Assembly (NCBI RefSeq): GCF_009914755.1
Contig: NC_060926.1
Strand: one strand, 5' to 3'
DNA: 64,000 nucleotides
DNA from: the human T2T-CHM13v2.0 reference genome, Homo sapiens
Shown here: positions 43,621 to 58,293 of the stretch, piece after piece
How positions within the stretch are numbered: the first letter of the stretch is position 1
Layout of the letters: every line of letters begins with the position of its first letter
The notes under the pieces: generated by a model
Database searches by the model: none
Told to the model about the DNA's origin: nothing
The model's input: the letters and a program-made list of their open reading frames with translations, nothing else
Translations under genes and position numbers: made by a program

Positions 43621-44004
43621 AGACAGGGCTGACAGTAGCAATTTGCAGAATATCTCTATCACCTGTTTAGGGCTCATGTCAGTTCTTATTTGCCAGGCAT
43701 TTATTTTGATTTCTTTATGGCTATGCCAAGATGGCTTTGAACTATTGTGAATATAATTACTCCCTCAAAGCACAGTAACAAAGGCAGTGGAACAAAGTGA
43801 ATTTGGAGGGGTGTATATGTATAAACTTAAAAATTCATCATGATTAAAAGCACTCTTTTGTTTAATAGATTTGAAGGTTAATTAAACTTTCTTAATCCTA
43901 GATAACCAAACCAAACTCACCTCAATATTATTTTACCACAATGATAGAGTCAAAACTACAATACTACTTAATATTACAGCTATCCATGCCAAAATTTCTG
44001 AAAG

Positions 44005-44091
44005 ACATTAACTACCTCCAAATACCATCACATTGGGAATTAGGTTTTAACATATAAATTTTGGAAAGACAGAATCATTCAGTCTGTAACA
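44005..44091 (-). mobile_element. MLT1/MST LTR end fragment
   Basis: cctccaaataccatcacattgggaattaggttttaacatataaattttgg...cattcagtctgtaaca. Confidence 0.7.
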
Positions 44092-46869
44092 GTGGGCATC
44101 AGTTATACAAGTAATAGATGCATCTACTGTGGTCAATATATCTCTTATGCATATTCCATTCTTCTGCATATGCATTATTTTTATTCTCTACTTCATTCAG
44201 ATTGTTTTATACTGATCTATTTTTCAGTTGTTCTGCAAAACTTGTTCTGCAAAACTCTCTTCAATACTATACAATCTCTTAGTTGGTTCTTAAATTCAGT
44301 TTATGTGTGGTTCTGTTCTTGAATTTCCCTTTGATTATAGAGATCACAGCTCTCTTTTGAATTTTCAATTAAAATAGTTACTTTAAATTTCAATCTGATG
44401 ATTCTAATAATCCAATATCAAGGTCACTTTTCTTTCTATTTTTATTTTCTCTTTTTTTCCCCTTCTCTTGGTCCTTTTGCTTGGTATACCTTCTATATTT
44501 TATTTAATGTTGGACATTCTATTAGAGAAATCATAGTTTCTGGATAATGCTATGTTCATTCAAAGAAGATTCACCTTATCCTTTAGGACACAGAAGACAG
44601 CAAATTGCCTAAATCAGATCACTGAATAAACTTGTTATAAGGGGATTTCAAATTTCTCTTTCTTGGTGGATCCTGAAATCTAATTATTGTCTCCTCAGCA
44701 CTGTAAGACCTCAGCAAACTTTGCCTTCCTTTTGAGTCCTTTCTAAGTACCTTCTTAGACTTTTCTTTCTAGCAAAAGCTTGAGAATAAGAAAAATCCAT
44801 GATGCAAAAACTGAAAAAGGGTGCTAGTCTCATTTCTGTTTATCTTCTTTTTCCTAGAATCTTGGTGTGAAATTCTGGCTGATTTGGTGTTTCTGGATTT
44901 CATTTCTTTCCTGCCCAGCACTGTAAAATTGATGAAAGCCCTACTAGTCTTTCAGCCTCTTAGCTCCTCCCACTTTCCAGCTTCTTGGCTTCTCTCCCTA
45001 CCTAAGGGTAGGCAAATGCCTGGAGGGGAAAAGTAGTATACAAATTTTGGAGCTTACTTCAATGAGTTCTTTTTCTCTCTGTGTCTTTCTCTCTGGCATT
45101 TTTCTTCTCTGCTTCTGGCTTGTGGAAGCTCTAGGAAGTGTTCAAAAAGCCTTTTTTTTTTTTAATCAGGGTTCATTACTTTTTCTCAGTGTCTGCTTTG
45201 GTCTGGTGCAAGCCCTACCATTAAGGCCAGCAAGTGGCATGCCCTTTGATTTTTAAATTTGCTTTTATTTTAAAATTTTGTCCATATTTAGTTTACTAGC
45301 AATTGAAAGCCAATATTATATATAGCTGATGAAAAACATTAGCTATCCTTCATTTATGTGTTATAAAAATAAGGTCTTAACAAAACAGAATAGAATAGTT
45401 TGTATTTCTTGGTGGCTTTTGTTTATCTGTTTGTTTCACAGATCTATATTTACAAATAATGGAGACCTTCTCCAGAAAAAAAAAAACATAATTAAGAAAA
45501 GCATACATTAACTTACTGTTTCCTCAGTTCAGAATCTATTGAAATATTTTCATGGGTCCTGCGCTTATAACCTTTTTGTCCATCTATTGAGAATTCTCTG
45601 CACAGAAACTACCTTTTCACATCCACGATGAAGAAAAGCAAAATGTTTGAATTAACTTTTGTCTTTTTATCTGGTATTTTTACTGGAAATCTTTTTTGGA
45701 AGTGCTAATTCTTTCAAAGTACCAACTCATTCTAAAGGAAGAGAGAACTGCAATGAGAAAACAAATGAAAAATGATAGTGTGACATAAAGTAAAAGTAGT
45801 AATGAAAACTACATGGTAGAAAGTTCCCTTCTGGGGGCCCCTAACAAATATCGTTGTTTTAGTTTTAGTTTTGCTTTAGCTACGGCTGCTATTTACAAGA
45901 TAAAGAATTTAAGATATCTCATTCCCTCAGGCTTTGATTTGGGAAAAACTATCTCAGGAATGAGTTTTGAATGCTCACTGAGTTGCCATACATTATGATT
46001 ATATGGAAATTTTCTTCCACTTCAACACTTGAAATTTTAACAGCATCTGTCTTATCCATGTGGAACAGTATACTATTCACTTTGAAAGCCAGTTGCCAAT
46101 TTACTTGATTCTTTTGCTTTCTTATAGTTCTTAAGGTGTCTACTGACAGTGTAACTGCCACAACCCTGGCCTGCTGTGTTAAAGAAGCCGTTACCTTTCA
46201 GCTGTTACATATAGCTCTGAATAATCCAATGATTTAGGTGAGATTTTAACAGTAATTTAATCTAAATTCACTAATGTCTCCAGACTACTTTGGTTATATC
46301 GGATTTAAATGATATGAAATCTTTGAACACAGAGGTGCTAATTAATACACTCAAGGATTTTAAGTGATTAAATACAGTTAGCACTATTGCTTATCCATTG
46401 CATTATCCAAATGAAAGCCAAGTGATACGAAAGCCCAGAGTATGAAAATTGGATTGCATTCCTGGGAAATCAGGGCTATTTTGGCATAGAACTGTTAGAA
46501 TGGGAGATACACAGGACCTGATGGCACGGCAAGGGATGGCAGTCTACGGGAAGAGAAGTCCTAGGATCACACCCTATAGATAATTTCACCCCAGAGTGAG
46601 GGAAATAAAAGAGGGAAAGCTGGGAGAATTGAACCAAAGATAGGATCAGGTAAAAGCAAGTTATCAATAGAACGAGAAGGGATAAGCAGAGGAGGAAACA
46701 GAAAATGGGAAAAATAGCAACAATCAGATGTAAGTGGAACAGGACTAACACTATGAATATTGAGCACTGCTGGCACATTTTTTTTTTTTAATAATTGCCC
46801 TTGCTGCAATGGTGGGCAGAGAGGGAGAAGCTCAATGAAGATGCATAGCGCCTACTAAAGTGACTTCGC

Positions 46870-47380
46870 ATTGCTTATCATAATGCCTTTAAATAGTTTA
46901 CCTGGAATTCAAACCTCCCTAATATATACACAAAGCTTTTACCTGGACTAAATTCTCAAAATTGCTCTTATGCCCCCTATCCATGAACAAAACTGCACTA
47001 CTGTCTGTTCATGGAAAACATCTAGTGCTCACCCCTTTTGTAGCCATATTCCATACTGTTCATTTCCCTTCATCTTCCCCTAGCACTCCTTTAAATCCCA
47101 ATCCAAATATCATTTCTTCTACCCGCTACTGTGAGAATTTCACGAAGCCATCTGCAGTGTCTTCACACTAGACAGAGACAATCAGTCACATCTTGGAACA
47201 TGTAAGACACTTGTTTGTGTCTTTGTGCAGCTATTCTTCTAAATTGCCTTACCATTTACAGTGTGTCACCTCTAACTCATGGTAAATTCTTTGGTAATAG
47301 ATAACACAGATTATGCATTTTGCATTGTGCATGGTACATATAAAAGTAACTTAAATAATACTATTCAACAAATAAATGGA
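46870..47380 (+). mobile_element. L2 fragments
   Basis: degenerate L2-like words ending in ctattcaacaaataaatgga. Confidence 0.4.
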
Positions 47381-50138
47381 TAGCTAAAGCAATTAAAATG
47401 ATAAATTATTTTATTGTAGTTTCAAATATTTATGTATAATTTTGATATAATGATATGTGTAATGATTGTGACATAGGTAATGTAATAAGAATTATGATAA
47501 TGCATTATACTCTACATTCTCTCCTACAACTTGCTTCTTTCACTCAATGTTTTTGAAATTCATTCATTTTGAAAGGAAACCTTAAGACAATATGTAAAAT
47601 GTTAACATGTAGATAAATTAGTGTAGTACATGGGTATGTCATATTATGATCTATATTTACCTTTTTGGTCTAAGTATCTTATAATAAAACATTTTAAAAA
47701 TATATACAGACAAAGATATTCTATTTGGGGAAATTTTGTCAAGCACATTTGAAGAAATTTTTAGTGATAACCCTCCGAATGATTCAGTAAGTTATACAGT
47801 ATTTCTGTAACTGTAAATTTGCCTTTAAGAAGCAAATGGTGACATTAAATATGAAACTGAACTTTCAAGTTAAAATCCATTTCTTGAAAAGTTCCTATAG
47901 CACCTTCTTACTATAAGGAAATCTCATTAATTTGATTAACTTTCTTTTCATTTCAAGTGTTTAAGCATATTTTTGGGTTATTTTATTGCTAAGAATTGAA
48001 AACTAGAGTGACTACTACAAGCTAAGGATATAAAGTCACTTCAGAAAAAAAGATAAGCAAGACCCTATCCACAAGGACATTAGTTTCTGGTAGGGAAAAA
48101 ATAAATTACAGTACAATGTAAGTTACAGTACAGTTCATCCCCAAAACAGCCTTGGAGACTAAATGTTCTTATTCTTTTTTTACATAACTAAGAAAATGCA
48201 AGCCCAATATCACTAATATTTAGAGGTCATTTTATATTAAATTATTGTTATGTAGAAATCTAATCTTGGCAACTTTTTTTTAAATAGGGGAAAGATGGTA
48301 CCTAAATTCTATCTAATCCAATTAAAATCTCGTTTTTCGTGTTTCATTTACTTAATGCATTGCCCTGATAGCATAGTAGACATGGTGGGTGCAAAATGAA
48401 GACAGCTATTATACCATTCATACACTGTGTTATGTAAGTGGTTTACCCAACATCAGGTCCTATTCAAATATCAAAAAGGATTAACTTGAATCAGTTAACC
48501 CACAGGATAACTTTTGATACTAAAATACTCCAAATTTTCTTCCATCGATCTACATAACAGTACTTTTAAATTTGTAAAATGATGATTTATTTACTTAAGG
48601 ATAGCAGGTCCAGATAGATTATAATAAATTTGTACTGCTGCAGAGAAGGCACATACACAAGTATAAAACAAAGTAAACCCTGATCCAAAAGCCATTTAAA
48701 AATAATCGATAGTGGAAACACTAAGATCATTGTTTTTGTGAGGCCCAAAAGACAAAATCATTGTTTCTAGTCTGACACCTAGATGACCTGATTACCAGCC
48801 ATGAAAAAGTATTTGAGGGACTTAGTCTTCTTAAAAGAACTGATATAAAATGTCTCTGTTAAATTCAAGCTTATTGAGTTATATGTAGTTGTAGACATCC
48901 AAAAATAAAACCACACTTTCTGTTGGTAATGCCTTGGCCTATGTATTTAAACACTGAGATTCTATGTGGAACACCCAGTTCAAGCAGGATAGTTAATGCA
49001 TGACTCAGACACAGAGGCTGCTCATGATGTTTCTACCCTGATGGCATTCTGCCTCCCTCATGTCTGTACCTCCCGTCTCCATCAGTTATGATTTTGTTAA
49101 TATTATCATGTTAATGCCCATATAATTATCTTTTGAAGTTTCCAAATGTTTATTATGTCTCCTACTCTACAGCTATAATTTAGACAAATCCATATCTTAA
49201 ATGGGACATGGACATATTGAAATATTTAAAACTTTAATGAATATTTTCTTGCATGCCTATGTTTACATATGTGTTTATTTGTAGATATGTGTTGTATATT
49301 CGATATATAGCTTAGTTCTTCTTTGAAAAAAGATAATGTTCTCTTGTCTTTCAATCCATCATTTGACATTGTTTCTTCCCTTCTTGATATGTTTTTTTAA
49401 AAATCTAATCCTTATAAGGACAGGGTGCAATGGGTTGTTTTTATTAATCTCTGTATGTCAGCATCTTGCACGGAGCTGATTATGACATAAATGTCTAATG
49501 AAAATGGGATGATGACTTCTCTGTGTCAGAAAACTAAGTGCAAATTCTGTCCATAGATATAATTACCTTATTTTTATATGCAATGTAGTAAAAAAGTTTT
49601 GTACCCAAAATTCTTCCTTATTTCATTATGTAGTGGTACTTCATACCAATTTTAATAATTTGTCATGTTTTAGTCAAAGTAATTCTGTATGATAATAGGA
49701 TCATTAAACATTTAATTTGTAACTTCCAATTATTGCCCTTTGACATCTTACATTCCTCTTAGTTCTCAAAATATCAGTCAGCAAAATTGCATTGCTCAAG
49801 ACAGGTTCATGATAATTAAAAATTTGAGAGAATCAAATGTTCTTGGCAAGGAGTAAGCTGAGTGAGAAGATGCAAAAAAATTGTCACATTTTGAAGAGTT
49901 CCCTGAAATTGTACTTCAGTGAAACGATCTGTATTATGGTTCAAGAATTGTGTTATATTTTTCTTTGGAAATGTTTCTAAACACATTAGGAAATTTTAAC
50001 ATATTGGGGAACTTTAACACAGTTAAAGTTGAGAGAGTAAAATTCTATCATGGTGAAACCTCTTAATATTTGATTAGATAGCCAGCAAAATATTTTGTAT
50101 TGACAACCTTCAAAATGCACAAGCATATTTTTTAATCA

Positions 50139-50687
<549 letters not shown>

Positions 50688-50874
50688 CTAGTCAAGTGTT
50701 GATTTACTTTGCCATACTAGAGTTAACCTTAATTGGGAAGACAGGCACACAGTATCCTAGAGCCATTTGAAAATTCTCTCTCTCTCATATTCATGTACTC
50801 ACAGAAGCTGAAAGATAATATTGATATTTGAATGTATCTTTCCCAATTAAAATAGATTATTATGAACCATGTTC

Positions 50875-51045
50875 CATGACTTAGTTTTTGTTGCATAACA
50901 AGCCACTCCAAAACTTAGTTCTTAAAATAACAACCATTTGTTTAGCTCACTATTCTATGGGTTAGAATTTTGATCAAAGCTAGCTGTAGGGTTCTTCTGC
51001 TGTTTGAACTCAGCTAGACTCACTCATGCATCTGTGGTCTTGAAG
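50875..51045 (-). mobile_element. MLT1 LTR fragment
   Basis: tgttgcataacaagccactccaaaacttag...aaaataacaaccattt...gctcactattctatgggttagaattt. Confidence 0.65.
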
Positions 51046-52929
51046 TAAACTAGTTGTGGTAGAATCCGAAACCTATTTAAGCCTCAGATAGTTTGTATGC
51101 TCATGTCTCTTTTTATCGTACCTTAGTATTTTGTAAAACCTTTGAAAACTCCTTTCTCTTCACCGTGCTAAAGACCACAAAGAAAAAAGGCTCTGTGTCC
51201 ATGCTCAAATGAGAACTGAGGGGAAAAAAGTTAGTGGAGAGTAGGTGAAGGTAGAAAAATCACAAATCAAGAGTAAATGAGGTGGAGTAACTCAGCCCAA
51301 CTGCTTCTCTCTATGTAGTGATTTTCCTACTAGGGGTAAAACAGTGAAGCCTTTACATGTTTATTTTAATGAAGAAGGCAATTCCTTATAAGAAGATGCT
51401 TTTCATCAAGGATATTATATGGGTCATTTCATTTAATAAAATTATAAACTGCAAATCCTCTGCTATAGGTATAAATGTGGGAGAATTTACATCTTACTTG
51501 CTGGAGATTATCAGATGTGTAGGCCATTCTTGTCAATGGCCACAACATCCTCCTGGCTAAAAACATGAAATAGTGGTGTATTCTCATCTCTGAATATGCA
51601 TAGTTTACCTAATATTAAGAAACCCAACTAAATAAAAAGATTTGCAATATGAGCCTAGTATATGAAAGAAATGTATTAGAATAAGAAGGTATATTTGAAG
51701 TAAAAACAAACTCCAAAAAAGTAGTTAATTGATGATAAAAATATAGCTTAATCTCAGACTAAACTGTGTTCATCTTTTTGCTCTCCATTTATGCATTTTG
51801 TAGAGGGATAGCATAAAATTTTCTCTTTTCCCCTGGACTATATACCCTAGGATTCAATGTTATATAAAATGCATTAACATAGCAAACATTTGCAAATTCA
51901 AACAAAACCTAATTTTATAATTATGTAATGTACCCATCTGCCTTTCTTCATAAATACATCGGGTTCAGTAAATACCTTCTTTTTCATCTTATTTCTTTCT
52001 TCACTAATTTTTATTTCGAAAAGTTAAGATTTGTTAAAGATATATACAATAAAAAGTAGACCAGTTCCTCTTACAGCACAAACATTACCTGGAATAGAAA
52101 TATTTTAATATGAAAAGTAAATGACAGCTAAGATGGCATTTACTGAAGAAAATGAGGACAGCATTTATTTCTGGGCAGGGACTTAAAAGTAACTGGGGGG
52201 AAAATAGGGCATTTTTCTCATCTCCTCTGAAAGCCTGAAGTTATAAAATCAATGTTGGAACATAAATGCAAAATTACTTTTTTACAGATACATTTCTGCT
52301 GGTTGATTTACGTGGTTAATCATTCATTTCTGCAGGTTATCTTTCTATATATAGAAAGTCTCCACATACACCTTTAGATACTGTAAGTCTCTCTGTTTAA
52401 ATTGATTGCACGAGATGTAAAGTTTCCTTCTAAGTAAATATTAGAAGTTCCCAGTTTATGCAAACTCAGTGTTCTCTGTATTTCACTTCTTTAGGTCCTC
52501 CAGAAGTTATTATTACAGACTGATTATGAGCTCAGTCTCCACTCCTAATTACTCCACTCATAATCACATGATACTTTTGTGAGCTTGGACAGGTTGTTTA
52601 ACATTGCTGAGTGTTAGTTTCCTTGGTTATAAAATAAGAACAATGCTAACAATATAATCATACATATTTTTATTTGTTTAGAATAGGAAGATAATACAGG
52701 TATGATGAGTCATTTTTTGTCTGAGCTTAGAAACATATATTCTTAATGCAGATGTCTCCTCCATATCCTCCTTCCCTCCATATCCATATCTTCCCTCCAT
52801 ATTATATTCTCTTATAAAGCGGGGAGCTTTGGTTATATAATAAGGAAGGTGGAATTGGGGATAGGTTGAAAGTGCCTCCTGTGCTTCTTTGGGAGTGATA
52901 AACAAAAATTGATGACATTGAAAACTTGT

Positions 52930-53085
52930 TTACTCTTGGGCAGTTTAACTTTTCTTTCTGTTTCCATATGTGAACTGGTGATGATAGTAGTTTTACCTCA
53001 CAGAGTTGGCTTGGTATATTTAATGAAAACTGTGGATAAAAAGTAAAGTGCATGGTCCAAGGATCACTAAATATTTATTATCTAT
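52930..53085 (+). mobile_element. MIR
   Basis: cttgggcagtttaactttt...tacctcacagagttg...taaatatttattat. Confidence 0.55.
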
Positions 53086-53088
53086 TAC

Positions 53089-53125
53089 CATCATCAACAC
53101 AATCATCATCATCATCATCGTCATC
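53089..53125. repeat. imperfect (ATC)n repeat
   Basis: seen directly. Confidence 0.8.
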
Positions 53126-53827
53126 TATGAAAATCTCTGTACAAGCCGGCATGTTTCAGGACCCAGATAATAAAGCATGGGAATGAATTAGGCAAGAAGC
53201 TATTTTTCTCAGCAACACTCTGACATTCCAAACCAAAGAGTCCTAAGTTTTCGGATCACCAGGAAACCACATTCCTAGTGTAGATTGGCATTTTTCATGG
53301 GAGGAAATCACACTAGGAGATTTGTTTCACCAAGTGAATTTGTGAGCAGAAGTATAAAAAAGTGGAACCAGGATAGGAGAAGAATAACATTGTGACTTCT
53401 AGATAATAACCATCTTTGGCAGACATAGAATGCTGAGGTCCGGAAACACTTGGGTTACACATGCACCTTAACACAGGATAGCAAGCATTCGATAAACAGT
53501 TGCTAAAATTATTATCACTGGGTCCATTTTTGACTTATTGTAAGGCTTAGGCAGCTGAAGAAGAAAATGGACTCCTGAAACAGTTTCAATCATCTACAAT
53601 AGCCATTTTCTTGGCATGTCGACAGTTTACAATCACTTGGGCTTAAAATAATAAATACAGTGTTGTAGCTCTGACTGGTTAATGAAAATAGAGACAACCA
53701 TAAATCCTGAAGGAATTTTCTGCTTGGTCAGAAGTAAAGAAATATAAGCCAAAACATATTAGAAATACAGGATACCTTTATCGCTTTGCTCAATATTTAA
53801 TATCTCAATAACTTGAAGGAGGTATAA

Positions 53828-54336
<509 letters not shown>

Positions 54337-54352
54337 TCTTTGTGCATGTTTT

Positions 54353-54800
54353 AGTTATTTATTGTTGCATAACAAAACTCTCCAAAACTTAGCAGGTTAA
54401 AACCATAATTTGTAGTTTCTTATGATTTTGTGATTTGACTGGCGAGATCTTCTGGTCTACTTGGTCTTGGCTAGGGTCACTCCTGTGTCTGAATTTCACT
54501 GGGATTCTGGCAGATTTCCTTGACAAGTCCTTCCTCTCAGTTGGTATCTCACCACTGGTGCCTCTCCATGTTACCTCCCTCCAGCAGAATAGCCTGGGCC
54601 ACTTTATAGCATGGCTGCTTGATTTCAAGAAGGAGCATTGCAAGAGCACAAGTCCCAGTATGAAAACACGTAATATGCTTCTGTTAGAATAATGGTTGCT
54701 AATACCCCATTGACGAAGGCAAGCAGGTGGTCACGTCTGGAATCAAGGTGAGAAATACAGAAAGGCATAAATATCAACAGGTGTGACTTGTGGGAATTTT
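54353..54800 (-). mobile_element. MLT1 (J/K-like) solo LTR
   Basis: tattgttgcataacaaaactctccaaaacttag...ccattgacgaaggcaagc...ggtgtgac. Confidence 0.65.
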
Positions 54801-54858
54801 AAAAATAGGGGAAGTTGTTAGTTCTAATAGGAAGAATTAAAAGATAGAACCCAACTAG

Positions 54859-55450
<592 letters not shown>

Positions 55451-55674
55451 CCTGTTCTTAAAAGAGGCTTGGAAGATATCTCTGCAAAAGAGCAATCATT
55501 CCATAAGAACTAGAATCCAAGAGAAATCAAATAGTATTAGCAAAATCAACTTACGGGGAAATTGTCAGAGAATGTCTTTCCTCCCACCTCCAGAGAACCC
55601 AAACATAGTGAGCAATAAGCAGCAGTGGCATTCTGACAAAAGAAAGCTACATACTTAGGGCTCTTACTGTGTCT

Positions 55675-56135
55675 CAGATTGTTACATTGGAGACTTCCAA
55701 TGTCACACATCTCCAGGCATGAATACCTTGTATCATCCCCTCCGACACTAAATCTGGTCTTGGCGGTGTGCCTTGCCTTGGTCAATGCGACATCAGCAAG
55801 CATGATGCTAGCAGAGGCTTTACAACAGCTTACACAGTGAGGTGTATCCACATGAATGCTTCTGTTAGGGTCCTGCTGCCTTATAAGCTCTGGTTTTAAG
55901 TACTGAATGATAAGAGAACACATGGAGAGAAGCCCTGGAGAACTGGTGGACATCTTAGATCATCCTGGCTGAGCTGCCAGCTGAATGTACCTGAATGAGT
56001 GATCCTAGCTAATGTCACAGGAAGTTGAAACAAAAAGATCCCACCAAATTCTGCCCAAATTCCAGAACTTTAGAAAATATACACTTGTTTTATAAATCAC
56101 TAAAATTTCAGATTTCTTGTTATAAAATAATAAGT
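55675..56135 (+). mobile_element. MLT1J-like solo LTR
   Basis: cttgccttggtcaatg...cagcaagcatgatgctagcagaggct...ctgcccaaattccaga...ttgttttataaatcactaaaattt. Confidence 0.65.
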
Positions 56136-56591
56136 TTTCAAAATGATAACGGGGGAAAAAAAGGACCAGAAATTTATGTAACCCTTTATGTATGAAATAG
56201 GGTTACATGAGATAGGGTATAAAGAAAAAAGAAGCAAAAGCAACTTACATCTATTAGGGAAAACACTAAAATCTCTATTACCCCCTTCTTAGGATGGCTA
56301 TTTGGTGGGAGGAGTATTTACATGCCTCTTCATTCCACAACCAAAGAGAATTTTTCCTGTAACTCTCCTGCCAACTGACAAGCCTAAAAAAAGGGAAAGT
56401 ATTTTTCCCCTGTTTTCTATTAGAAGTTTTATCTTTTTATTTCCTATGTTTATGATTAATTTTGAGGGGTTTTTTGTATATATAGTGTGAAATAATAACT
56501 GAGGTTCATTCTTTTGAGTATAAATATCCAATTGACTCAGTATCATTTATTGAAATTTCCCAACTAATTTCCTTGGAACTTTTCAAAAATC

Positions 56592-56663
56592 TATTGATCA
56601 TCTATGTTTGGATCCATTACTGGAATTTATTGATCATATATGTGTGGATCCATTACTGGAATT
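56592..56663. repeat. 36-bp tandem duplication
   Basis: tattgatcatctatgtttggatccattactggaatt / tattgatcatatatgtgtggatccattactggaatt (2 mismatches). Confidence 0.9.
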
Positions 56664-57463
56664 TGTTTTGGTGCATTGATTTATATTTATCTCCATGCCA
56701 ATATAATACTGTCAATTACTAGAGAGTTATGATAATTCTTGAATTCAGATAGGGTAAGTCATTCTTTTTCAAAATTGATTCTGCTTTTTCAATTTTGCCT
56801 TGGTTTCTACATTATTCCCATTTTCATATATTTGTTAGAATTACTTTTTGAATTCCTATAGAAAACTTGAAAAGATTTTCATGAGATTGCATTGAATTTT
56901 CAGATCACTTTGAGAATTTACATCTGAACTATGTTGAACCTTCCTATTTATGCTTATATATCTCTCTCCATTTATTTTCTCATTTATCAGAGCAATATTT
57001 TATAGTATTAAAGCATACAGTATTGAATGTATATTGCTACATTTATCCCCAATTATTTCTCACTTTATATAATAGAAGAGGCAATTATTCATTTCAATTT
57101 CCAATTGTTTGTTACAAGGATACAAAAATACAATTGACTTTTGGATACCTGTCTTTTCATCTGTGATCATACTAAACTCATACATTAGCTCTAGTAGCTA
57201 TTTTGTAGATTACTTAAGAATTTCTACATGAACAATCATGTTACCTGTAGATCAACACAATTTTATTCTTGTTTTTCAACCTGTATTTCTTTTATTTCTT
57301 TGCTTTGCCTTATTGCTTTCATTTAGATCTCCAGTATAATATTGAATAAAAGTGGTGGGACCAGAAATATTTGCCTTTTTTTCCGCATCTTAGAGAGAAA
57401 GCATTTGATCTTTTACCATTAGTGGTAAGTTTTTGTAGATGCCATTTACCCTAGGTTGCTTAA

Positions 57464-57921
57464 TGTTGTAGATTGAATTGTGTCTTCTAAAAAGATATGT
57501 TTAAATTCTAACCCCCAGTATCCGTGGATATGACTTTATTTGAAAATATGGTCTTTACAGTTCTCATCAAGCAAAGATGAAGTCATACTGGATTAGAGTA
57601 GACCTTATTACAAAATTACTGGTATCTTTATAAGAAGAAAGGAGACACATAGACAAACACAGAGAAAGCCATTTGAAGGTGGAAGCAGAGAGTGTGGTGA
57701 TGCATCTATAACCCAAGTAATGTGAAGGATTGCCGGCAACCACCGAAAGCTAGGAAAAGGCAAGGAAGAGTTTCCCTTCGAGCTTACAGAGAAAGTATGA
57801 GCCTGATGACAACTTGTTTTTGTATTTCTAGTGTCCAAAACTGTGAACAAATAAATTTCTGTTGTTTTTAGACTTCCAAGTCTGTAATCATTTTTTATGG
57901 CAGTCCTACAAAACTAATACA
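57464..57921 (+). mobile_element. MLT1C-like solo LTR
   Basis: TG...aactaataCA ends; aaggattgccggcaaccacc; aataaatttctgttgtttt. Confidence 0.85.
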
Positions 57922-57976
57922 CTCAGTTTTTTGATAAACATATATTGAATATATTCAAATGATTTTTTGGCATCTA

Positions 57977-58013
57977 TTAAGTCCAGCACCCTCGATCGCT
58001 TGGCCATCCTGGC
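57977..58013 (-). pseudogene. tailless retrocopy of the 5' half of tRNA-Leu(TAA)
   Basis: minus strand reads GCCAGGATGGCCAAGCGATCGAGGGTGCTGGACTTAA, ending at anticodon TAA; flanked by gcatctatt (57970-57978) / gcctctatt (58023-58031). Confidence 0.75.
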
Positions 58014-58105
58014 ACCCTTCCTGCCTCTATTGGGAGGATTATTTATTTTTATCTTATAGTCTGGCAATCTGATGGATTACTTGAATTGACTTTTAAACGT
58101 TAAGC

Positions 58106-58293
58106 CTGTGGTATGTCAATTGTGTGCATCTTTTCCAACTCTGCGTTCAGAGACCTGAACAACGATAGCTGGATAGAATTCTGCCACGGTGGGAATACCT
58201 ACACCAGGGAAACTGGCAAATGTTGCAAATTAGTTTTTCTTCTTGCTATACCCCACTGGACCTCATTGCTAAACATTTAGCAGTACACCACTC
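58106..58293. mobile_element. MER63A-like hAT MITE
   Basis: ctgtggtatg...ccaactctgcgttcag...gccacggtgggaatacctacacca...aaacatttagcagtacaccactc, with degenerate cagtggtgtg TIRs. Confidence 0.8.
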
